Below the pieces are notes generated by a model that made no database searches, was not told the origin of the DNA, and was given only the letters and a program-made list of their open reading frames with translations. A program made the translations under genes and the position numbers. From Candidatus Scalindua sp. (lineage in GTDB: Bacteria; Planctomycetota; Brocadiia; Brocadiales; Scalinduaceae), in contig JALDRA010000001.1 in NCBI GenBank assembly GCA_031316235.1, forward strand, positions 2,100,001-2,132,000: a stretch of 32,000 nucleotides of DNA. Direction: 5' to 3'. Within the stretch, counting starts at the first letter, position 1. Each line of letters opens with the position of its first letter. Below, one piece after another: positions 23,284 to 31,849 of the stretch.

Positions 23284-26200
23284 TTAAATTTCCTTAACAT
23301 CAAACATCCGTTTCTTAAACTCTTCTTCTATGAGAGAGACCTTCCATCTGTCCTCATCAACCTTCAGGTTTTCAAGATTGTTGTCTCCATTAACAAATAT
23401 CTTATCAAATTCAAAATCCTGAGTATTATAACCCTGCTTGGTAAAAAAGGTATCCAGTTCCTCATTTGTCTTTTCTTTCGTATTTCTCCAAATTACGAGT
23501 GTCTTTTCTCCTGTGCGCAATTTACCACGAATCACCTTGAATCCCCGAATAACTTCTGTCTGCTCAACATAAAGGCCGACCAGGTAATTAAAGGTTTCTA
23601 TCAGGTCTATTTTTTTTGTCTTCAGCTCATTCTCATCGCGAATCTTGAGGGTATAATGAAAAGGGTCTTCAAACCTGTCAATATTGAGCAGGCTGTCGCT
23701 TTCCCGAGTCTCTATATCCAGCATATATCCAATCACATAATCTTCTTTTGCGGCCTTACTCATATCAAGTACCATCTGCTGCTTTTCATCCCGATTAAGA
23801 ATAAGATTATCGAGTGTATCTTCGTAGCTTTCAAGTTTCATGTATTTGAACATGTGGCTAACGCCCTCACGGGAAACCGGTTTGCCGTTTTTCCAGTCTT
23901 TGGAATAGACTACCTTTTGTATACGTGGTTTGAGAACCGTATCAAAATACTGCCCCATCTCAACGAGGATATATTTACGATTACCATTGTCTTCACGGTT
24001 AAGGTTTATAACGGCATGGGCAGTGGTGCCGGAGCCGGCAAAGTAATCGATAAATAATGTATAAAGTCCATAGCTTATGGATTGCAAGCAATCTTCAACA
24101 GCATGTAAGCTTTTAGGAAAAGAAAAATCTCTTTGCCCTATTCCAAAAATATCATTTAACAATTCTGAGCCATAAGTACTTGCATCAAGTTTTTTTCCTG
24201 TCCAAACTGATTTTCGTAGCTTTTGTTTTCCCTCTTGATGATAGTGTATTTGAATAGCTCCTTTAATTATTTTTGCCCATACACTACCTTCCTCTGCATC
24301 TTGAATTACTCTCTCTCTCCCATAATACCACCTTCTCTCTACATTATTATCATCAATTGGCCAAATCATTTCTGTTCTTGGATTTTTATGTTTAGGGATA
24401 TCATCCTCCAATGCCAAAGGTTCAGTTGTCCCAACTATCTTCAGTGTTTGTTTGTCTACTTCGATTCCATAAAACTGCTTAGGTGATGAGCTTCTAGTAG
24501 AATCTGTTCCTGTCCTCCTCAAGTTTCTTCTTATGTCATTTGACTTTTCCTTTTTACGAGTAATTAAATCCTTATCTCTTTTAATTGCCCACAACGCATA
24601 TTCATGAGTAATAGCAAAATTACTTTTTACTCTACCTCTATGATTATACTCAATAATAACTGGTCTTATCTCATATTCTGTCATCACCTGTTCAATAATT
24701 TTTGTTAAATTACTTAATTCACAATCATCAATTGTTGCACATAAAATACCATTTTTATTTAATAGCGACTTACCTTTGTCAATTCGATCATAAATCAAGC
24801 AATTCCAACTGCTATCTTTATACCCATTTTTATAAACAATCTCTGTGGCATCAGTATTGTATGGAGGATCAATATAAACCCCATACACTTTCTCCTGATA
24901 TTTTTCTCGCAACAAATTCAACGCTTGAAAATTCTCTGAATTAATTATCAATCCATCACACGCTTCATCAACATTATCAAAACTTGCCAGCAGTTTTTCC
25001 TTAAACTCATCACTGAAGAATTTCGTATCGAGAACCAGATAGTGATTGGCTTCCAGAAAGTTCCTGGTAAGCGGTTCTGAGTATGCGGGTTTCATTAAAT
25101 CTCCCTCAATCTCATGAATGGCAAACAGCCTTACCCACTCCTCACGCTGGGCGTCATTTTTTACTATCTCCTCATACAGCCCTGCCGGCACACGGTCTAA
25201 CGTAACACAATATCCGCAATCAACCACAAACTTCTTCTTGAGCCACATCTTCTTCTGAAACTCCTCAATCTGTGCCAGAAATGTTATGATCTTCCGGGCA
25301 ATATGCTTAAGAACCTTGACCTTCCCGATAGACCGCATCACCTTTTTCTCATCCTGTTCATCAAGGTCATCAATAAAGAGGACTTCATTCTTGATATAGA
25401 AATCCAGTTCGCGCCGCATGAAACCGCCGAGATCTTTGTGGATAAAGAAGTCAAAATTGAACCGGGCGGTGTAGTCGTTCAAATGCTTTTCGAAAAGTGT
25501 TCGCTTTGGATTCTTTGGAGTCGACTTTTTTATAAACAGATCCTGATAGCCCTCCTTTACAAGATATCCATCTCTAGAATCAACATATTCCACTGTCTTT
25601 TTATTCAGATCCGTCTGTTTTGCCTTATCAGGTTGATACGTAAACTGAATATACAAATCGTTTTCTTCAATCTTAATCGGTTCTTCCTCATAGAGTTTAA
25701 ACTTTCGTTCTTTCCCCTGTTCCTGTTTAACATTATCCTTCTCTTCAGTCGCGTCAACAAGCTTGAAATGCACCCGTTTGTCACCATCAATCTTAAATGC
25801 ATAATCCCTCAGATATTCAGATGATTTTATGTAGTATTGATCAGCGTTCGCCCAATGGAGCTTAACCTCTTCTCCCTCGTAGGGTATTGCATAGGTATCT
25901 TTCTTATAACGCCGGAGGCTTAAGAAGTCGCCGTCATCATAGTAACGTCTGAAAAAGGTAGTCAGATGTGAGAAGACCTCATTTACAAGCGCCTCCTCAT
26001 TGCCATATGTTCCAAGCTCTTCACGCAATTCTCTTACTTTAGGCGAATCATCAGGATTCAGTCCGCTTTCCTTGACTGTCTTTTCCAAACGGGCTAACTC
26101 CTTCTGCTTTTCCCCTGCATCGACGCTTTTGTATTTTGAGAATTCTTCTTTCACCTGAGGCAGAAGTTCTTTATCGAGAAAGTGCTCTATTTCATCCCTC

Positions 26201-26301
26201 TTCTGATTCATGATACGATAGATGCCAAAATCAAGATCAGCCTGGTCCATCTGAAACATCTGCCGTAAAATCTTTTTCAATTTTTCATATTGTGTTTCCA
26301 T
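23284..26301 (-). CDS. Beta-class N6-adenine (N6_N4 type, type III Mod-like) DNA methyltransferase with a ~460-aa N-terminal extension
   Basis: VYIDPPYNT (motif IV) precedes DYFAGSGTTAHAV (motif I) by about 260 aa. N-terminal LDFGIYRIMN and FIHKDLGGFMRRELDFYIKNE regions have unknown function. Confidence 0.9.
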   Translation of the reverse strand: METQYEKLKKILRQMFQMDQADLDFGIYRIMNQKRDEIEHFLDKELLPQVKEEFSKYKSVDAGEKQKELARLEKTVKESGLNPDDSPKVRELREELGTYGNEEALVNEVFSHLTTFFRRYYDDGDFLSLRRYKKDTYAIPYEGEEVKLHWANADQYYIKSSEYLRDYAFKIDGDKRVHFKLVDATEEKDNVKQEQGKERKFKLYEEEPIKIEENDLYIQFTYQPDKAKQTDLNKKTVEYVDSRDGYLVKEGYQDLFIKKSTPKNPKRTLFEKHLNDYTARFNFDFFIHKDLGGFMRRELDFYIKNEVLFIDDLDEQDEKKVMRSIGKVKVLKHIARKIITFLAQIEEFQKKMWLKKKFVVDCGYCVTLDRVPAGLYEEIVKNDAQREEWVRLFAIHEIEGDLMKPAYSEPLTRNFLEANHYLVLDTKFFSDEFKEKLLASFDNVDEACDGLIINSENFQALNLLREKYQEKVYGVYIDPPYNTDATEIVYKNGYKDSSWNCLIYDRIDKGKSLLNKNGILCATIDDCELSNLTKIIEQVMTEYEIRPVIIEYNHRGRVKSNFAITHEYALWAIKRDKDLITRKKEKSNDIRRNLRRTGTDSTRSSSPKQFYGIEVDKQTLKIVGTTEPLALEDDIPKHKNPRTEMIWPIDDNNVERRWYYGRERVIQDAEEGSVWAKIIKGAIQIHYHQEGKQKLRKSVWTGKKLDASTYGSELLNDIFGIGQRDFSFPKSLHAVEDCLQSISYGLYTLFIDYFAGSGTTAHAVINLNREDNGNRKYILVEMGQYFDTVLKPRIQKVVYSKDWKNGKPVSREGVSHMFKYMKLESYEDTLDNLILNRDEKQQMVLDMSKAAKEDYVIGYMLDIETRESDSLLNIDRFEDPFHYTLKIRDENELKTKKIDLIETFNYLVGLYVEQTEVIRGFKVIRGKLRTGEKTLVIWRNTKEKTNEELDTFFTKQGYNTQDFEFDKIFVNGDNNLENLKVDEDRWKVSLIEEEFKKRMFDVKEI

Positions 26302-26322
26302 ATGTTTATTGTCTCTCTTGTG

Positions 26323-29192
26323 TTAAACAACCTTCCATCGTATCATAAATAATGTTTCGGTATCAGTTTTCTGCTCCATCTTTTTCTTGAGCGTGTCAAT
26401 CAGTATATCACGTTTTTCTTCTATTTCATCCTCTACATCAAAGATTCGCTGTCGCTGCCTGCGTTGAATTTTTTCTGTTTCCCTGATCTTTACCTCAACG
26501 TCATGCTTCTCCTGCAGGGATGTCGATTGGCGCAACTCTCGGTTCAAAGCACGGAGTCTGTTCTTGGTATCCTTTAATTCCTTTTCGGCAGATGAGATCA
26601 GGTCATCTGTCCAGCGAAACAGGCGATCGCATTCATCATGATAATAGGAATTGTTCCGTTCCATTGTCTTATCGATCGTAGCGTCAATATGACATTGAGC
26701 GTCATCTCGCAATCTCTTCTGTATTTCATCCGGCAAACTAACATCTCTTTGAGTAGTGGCGCCACAATCAAACAATTTCTCGCAAATTTCAGGATGAATT
26801 ACAGCGCCTGTATCATCGAAAGCATTAAAAAGTAAATATTCGTCCTGCCCGAAACTCTTAATCATGAGTTTAGATAGTATCAAATACCCTGATTTTCGCT
26901 TGAGTGACTCAACGACAGATATCTTAACAGGATGGCTGCTGATATCAAAGACTAGTTCTGCATAAGGGGTATTGCATCTTCTCGATTCTGACAATACATA
27001 CTCCCCAAGAGGATGAGACATGCGATATAAATATATACTTTCAACATTTTCTTTTCTTTTTGATATTAAATGATAGTTGCCGGTGCGGATTGTATTGCCA
27101 GGTGGTTCCTTAAGATAAAACGATAACTCTTCACAATGGAATTCTGCTCTCTTCTCCAAGACATGTTCCGTAATCTTCCAGAATCTCAGCTCCATCTTAT
27201 CAAGTAAATCCTGTGTTTGGTCCAAATGCAGTTTAAGACGTTCGTGTACATCCTCATCAAAATGTTCAAGGAGAATCTGTTTGCTTTCCTTAATCTTTGA
27301 TTGAATCTGTTCGTCCATTTTCTGTTGTAATTCTGAAAAGGCGCTCTGAATCTCCTGTGGTTTGCGGCATTGCCGGTAGATTCGTAACACCTCCTTCTCA
27401 AAATCGACACCTGATTCGAGCGAACCAAGTACTTCATCAGATGCACCAAAGACACCACTGAACAGTTTAAATTTATATACCAAAAGATCATATACCTGTC
27501 GGTCAACGTCATTGCGTTCATTTAAGAAATTAATCACGACAACATCATATTTTTGTCCGTAGCGGTGACATCTTCCTATTCGCTGTTCTATACGTTGCGG
27601 GTTCCATGGCAGATCATAATTGATAACCAGTGAACAGAATTGCAGATTTATTCCCTCTGCAGCAGCTTCAGTTGCGATAAGAATATCCGATGTATCTCTA
27701 AAATGCTCCAGGATGGCAATACGTTTATCCGAGCTCTTCGATCCACTGATACGACCGGTGTCTCTGTTGTGCTCAAGCCAGTTTTCATATATTTTTTTAG
27801 ACTCCTGGTCTGTATTTGTTCCGTTAAACGTAACAACTCTTCCTGCATAGCCGTTGGCATCCAGATAGTCCTTTAAGTATTGTTGTGTCCGACGTGATTC
27901 GGTAAATACAACAGCTTTTTTCTTTGCCCCCATTTTCTCCGCTTCCGCAAAACCGCGTTCAATGCCGTCTCTGAGCTTTTTTGTTTTTGAGTCGACTTTG
28001 ATAACCTTTGCGTCTTCAATAAATTTTTCCAGCAATTCAATTTCGTGATCAATCTTTTCCTTATCAATTTTACCTCCATCCTGATCTTCTGTTTTATCTT
28101 CCTCCTCTTTCATGGCTATTCCCAGTTCTTCCATCTCCTCATCATCCAGGGATTCATCATCAACCAACTGATCAACGATGTTTTCTTCTACCGGTTGTTC
28201 ATCACTTAACTTCTCTAAACGTCTTTTTATTGTTTCCAATGTTGCTATGAGAGCATAGGATGATGATGCCAGTATTTTTCTCATCACCAAGGTAATAAGA
28301 GATTTCTGGCTTGTTGGTATGGCGTAGGTATCAGGCTGTTGGAGAAATGCTGTTATGCCCTGATATAATTTTATCTCTCGATCGGTCTGTGCGAAGTGAA
28401 TGGTTATTGCTTTGCGATTAGTATAGGGGATATATTGTAACACCTGCTGGCGCAGTGTGCGTTTACAAAAACCTTTTAAACGAGTCTTAAGGCTTTCTAA
28501 GTCGGCATCATTAACATATAATTGACGAAAACTTCTGCTATCTCCAAAGAGATAATCGTCTATAATTGTGGATAAACCAAAAGCTCCATTAACGAATTCT
28601 GTAGTGGGGTTGCTGTCAAAAGTATCTTCTTTGTGTCTTCCAGAACCCACTTAATCGATTGTCCGAGTACATTTGATCTGCGGTATGCGTTTCTCAGCTT
28701 ATGAGCTTCATCAATAATTGCTAAGTCCCAGGGGATTAATTTTGTTGTTTCTTTCTTACTATGTATGAACTGATATGAACAGATAACAACTTTATCCTGG
28801 GTAAATGGGTTATCATAACCATCATTATTGAACTGATTATACGTCCTAGACTCAAGAATCACGGAAGGTATATTAAATTTTTCTTCAAGCTCTATGCTCC
28901 ATTGCTTTCTTATCGATGCCGGACAAACAACGAGTAATTTTCGCTTACGTTCTGCCCAATACTGGCAAAGCGCTATAGATGCTTCGATTGTTTTACCCAA
29001 ACCAACCTCATCAGCCAGGACAACACCTTTTGACAAAGGAGACTTTAAGGCGAAAAGAGCTGCTTCTATTTGATGGGGATTCAAGTCAACCGCAGCATCA
29101 AAAAGGGAACGAGATATCTTCTCAATCCCATCTTCAGTGGATGATTTCAGCAAGTCGTGTGCATAATATTTAGCATGATAATCGGTAATCAT
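26323..29192 (-). pseudogene. SNF2-family helicase with a long C-terminal extension; split by a 1-nt frameshift near 28579-28582
   Basis: The N-terminal ORF ends ..LTATPLQNSLMELLVYPQL*. The second ORF contains ..AFGLSTIIDDYLFGD.. One extra T in the cttttgg run would give ..SLMELFGLSTIIDD.. Motifs: DEVGLGKT, IIDEAHKLRN, LTATPLQNS, QRIGRCHRYGQ. Confidence 0.8.
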
Positions 29193-29334
29193 TGAGTTAT
29201 AAAGACAGAATTTTTATATCCTATTATTTTATGATATTTCTTTGCCATTAAATTGTATACCGATTATCATGGTATGATAATTTGGAAGATTTTATTGTAA
29301 GGCGTTTATCTGTAAAAGTTTCCATCTTAATAAA

Positions 29335-29490
29335 TCAAGAAGATCCTTTACGAGAGTTATGATATCGACATAAAACTTGTCCATTAAAAATAGCAGTGGG
29401 CCCACCCTTAGTATGTGGTATTATATGGTCTGCTTCATATTCATTCCAACCTACCGTTGCCTCTTTTTCATTTTTTTCTTCTTGCATCAT
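29335..29490 (-). pseudogene. 51-codon HNH nuclease core mini-ORF, probably a truncated gene
   Basis: MMQEEKNEKEATVGWNEYEADHIIPHTKGGPTAIFNGQVLCRYHNSRKGSS*: DH..N..HN core present, upstream CxxC absent. The ATG lies 3 nt from the RAYT left inverted repeat. Confidence 0.45.
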
Positions 29491-29492
29491 AA

Positions 29493-29505
29493 GGGTCAAG
29501 TCTGC
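29493..29505. repeat. RAYT-flanking inverted repeat, left arm GGGTCAAGTCTGC (overlaps the RAYT stop codon)
   Basis: Perfect reverse complement of 30514-30526. Confidence 0.8.
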
Positions 29506-30476
29506 CGATAGCTTAACTGTAAATCTCTTTTTATATTATCTACATGTTTTTTCAGTTTTTTGTTACTTATGAGATTTGACTTTACACTTTCAATTATACT
29601 GCTTACGCTACTATATTTAACAACCTTAAACTCTTTGCCTATTTCCTTTAAAGAATCGCGCCGCATATATCGTGTTAAGTAAATCGCTATATTTCTTGGC
29701 TCATTAACTGCTCCCCGACGGATACCATATAATTGAGACATTTTGACTTTGTATTCTTTACAAACGGCAAGTATTATTTTTTCCTTGTCTGGGGCCAACA
29801 GCTTCGTCTCTGGAATTTCTTCTTTAAATAGAAAGGCTGAATATTTCTCTTTTACCCAGTTTATAAATTCCTCAGTTCCCAGTATAGAAGGAGAGTTCTT
29901 CTTTTTAAATACATTAACTATCTCTTCTGGATCTTCCTCATTCATAAATTCCTTATATTCTTTCAAACGTTTTGATTTATCATGAGTCAATAATTCAAAG
30001 AAACTTTCCTTGTCTAACCAATTCCATTGAGAGGATTTTGACAGATATCCTTTATGACTGCTCCAGGCATAATCCTCTAATCGGCTAACTATTCCAGCCC
30101 GTAGAGGATTGTGGTGAATATACCTTACCAAAACGGTAAGATAATTTTCACTGTCTAATAAAATAGATTTATATCTTCCTCTGAATAATTGTCCATCATG
30201 CCTATTCCTACGATTGTATCTCTGAGTATAAACACCATTTATGTGCCTCATGCACCGTGAAAGATTCCCTTCGGGTGTCTGGACTAAAAGATGGTAATGA
30301 TTAGACATTAAACAATATGCAACTATTTTAATATTCCATGCTGATACCGTTTCCTTTAATATCTCAATAAAGGCTATATAATCTTCTTTCTTTGGGAATA
30401 TGGTTTCACGGCGACGCCCTCTATTCATTACATGATAGTACGCACCCGAGTATTGTATTCTGAGCGGTCTTGACAT
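29496..30476 (-). CDS. REP-associated tyrosine transposase-like (RAYT / IS200-like Y1) protein with a C-terminal DnaA-C-like HTH domain
   Basis: YHVMNRG, AYCLMSNHYHLLV (HUH), VRYIHHNPLRAG..YAWSS (catalytic Tyr region). C-terminal ..RGAVNEPRNIAIYLTRYMRRDSLKEIGKEF.. is like DnaA domain IV. Confidence 0.85.
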   Translation of the reverse strand: MSRPLRIQYSGAYYHVMNRGRRRETIFPKKEDYIAFIEILKETVSAWNIKIVAYCLMSNHYHLLVQTPEGNLSRCMRHINGVYTQRYNRRNRHDGQLFRGRYKSILLDSENYLTVLVRYIHHNPLRAGIVSRLEDYAWSSHKGYLSKSSQWNWLDKESFFELLTHDKSKRLKEYKEFMNEEDPEEIVNVFKKKNSPSILGTEEFINWVKEKYSAFLFKEEIPETKLLAPDKEKIILAVCKEYKVKMSQLYGIRRGAVNEPRNIAIYLTRYMRRDSLKEIGKEFKVVKYSSVSSIIESVKSNLISNKKLKKHVDNIKRDLQLSYRQT

Positions 30477-30513
30477 TGCAACAATATAACACCATCAAGT
30501 AGTATAGTCAATA

Positions 30514-30526
30514 GCAGACTTGACCC
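30514..30526. repeat. RAYT-flanking inverted repeat, right arm GCAGACTTGACCC
   Basis: See 29493-29505. Part of the hairpin GTCAA-tagcagac-TTGAC (30507-30524). Confidence 0.8.
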
Positions 30527-30544
30527 CTTTACCGACCCCTTTAC

Positions 30545-31153
30545 CCGGATTTTATCCGAAAACAATCATGAGATGAGTATATCATGTGATGAATCGAGGA
30601 ACAAACCCTGATAGAATCTTTTGCAAAGAGGAAGGTTATTCTCAACAGAAGAATATGAGATATTTTTAATATCGGTGAAAGTGTATTGTGTCAAACCAAA
30701 AGAGGTAACCAAAATATACCCCAATTATTTGCAATATCATTGTCTGGGGAGCTATCGGGATTAAGTTTCCCTGGGCTTGCAGAAAGAAATAAAATAGCAA
30801 CTTATAAGACTGTAACATCAAATGAAAGAAAAGGTAGAGAGTAGCATAAAGAAAAAAACAATATGCAAGGCTTATGCAGTCAAGAGGAGGATTGACCCCA
30901 AACTCACTATAATAATCATTACACACCAGATGTTTTCCAGCAGTTGTTAACAGTCCCTTCGCAGTTTACACTCAAGAATTTAATCAGAGCTCCTTGATGA
31001 AATAATTATGATGCAAATTGATATCTATTAGATGGATTGTAATATCAAGGTCGTGTGTTAGCTCTATAATCAGCTGCCGGGATATACCGAATGGCTAATA
31101 TATTACGTTCTTTGTTTTTAGCATGTAGCCATGTATGGACTTGACCCCTTTAC
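30545..31153 (+). repeat. Composite repeat copy F: R3 (30545-30582), linker, R1 core (30639-30899), R4 (30900-31153); bracketed by the 16-bp direct repeat gacttgacccctttac (30517-30532 and 31138-31153)
   Basis: Matches copy D (R3-linker-core) and copy B (core 3' end + R4). Confidence 0.85.
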
Positions 31154-31173
31154 TTTATTCTCTGTAGTAACCA

Positions 31174-31767
31174 TCATCTACAAGAGCAGATGGTTTTTTT
31201 TGACCCCAGCAAATTATCTTGTGTAATATCTGGAAAGTCATCTACATAAGAGAATCTAGTGAAACGGTGACTAGCTGGTTTAGGTATTATAATTGGAATT
31301 GATAATTGTTCTACATTTGTCACCTTGCACTTAACCCTGATCCATTTTTTCCTAAATCCATCCCGGACTTCTTCTAAGGCTGCATCATAATTTTCAAAAG
31401 AATTACATGCGACTAATAATTCATTAGCCCTTCTATCAAAAAGTTTCTTATCTTCAAAGTAATTGATTATTGACGAATATTCATCTTCAGTTATTAATTC
31501 GGCATCATGATGAATACCAATGATTATAGATTCCTTAGTTTCTGGATGTATTGAAAAAAATCCTATACTAAATTTTCCATTATTATCATTTAGCTTCTTA
31601 GTTTGTGGTGTTTTATATGTATAAGGGAATATATATCCATTATATTCATCGGATAACTGAAAATTCCACTCTTCGTGTCCAAATCCTTTCTCACCTGGAA
31701 AGCCCCCCTCATATGTTGAACCAGACGGTAATTTCCATCCCCTTGTATTCCAACATATCCTTTGCAT
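31174..31767 (-). CDS. Hypothetical protein with an N-terminal CWN..W..PSG / GFGHEEW module (a module recalled as the N-terminal domain of some HNH endonucleases)
   Basis: MQRICWNTRGWKLPSGSTYEGGFPGEKGFGHEEWNF... 197 aa from the ATG at 31767; the ORF track starts at 31779. Confidence 0.55.
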   Translation of the reverse strand: MQRICWNTRGWKLPSGSTYEGGFPGEKGFGHEEWNFQLSDEYNGYIFPYTYKTPQTKKLNDNNGKFSIGFFSIHPETKESIIIGIHHDAELITEDEYSSIINYFEDKKLFDRRANELLVACNSFENYDAALEEVRDGFRKKWIRVKCKVTNVEQLSIPIIIPKPASHRFTRFSYVDDFPDITQDNLLGSKKTICSCR

Positions 31768-31849
31768 TACTCTTAACATTACGAATTACCTTCTTTTAAT
31801 ATTTTTACTTACAGTTATAATTTTTAATCAGCTTAATTTCATACTAATT

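Noticed and set aside
19881-25824. Plus-strand ORFs antisense to Res, Fic and MTase (19881..20345, 20302..20691, 20726..21238, 23215..24057, 25303..25824)
   Set aside because: They lie wholly inside long, motif-rich minus-strand genes and have low-complexity translations with no motifs.
18795-29192. Calling the cluster DISARM class 1, BREX, or a plain type III R-M system
   Set aside because: The window contains no DUF1998, PLD, PglZ, BrxC or Lon-like genes. The extra SNF2 and Fic genes and the long MTase N-terminal extension exceed a classical Mod/Res pair. It was therefore left as unclassified.
2577-31153. CRISPR array formed by the interspersed repeats
   Set aside because: The repeats are 60-480 bp and heterogeneous, and they are separated by kilobases of genes. 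There is no short, regularly spaced repeat-spacer pattern and no cas genes.
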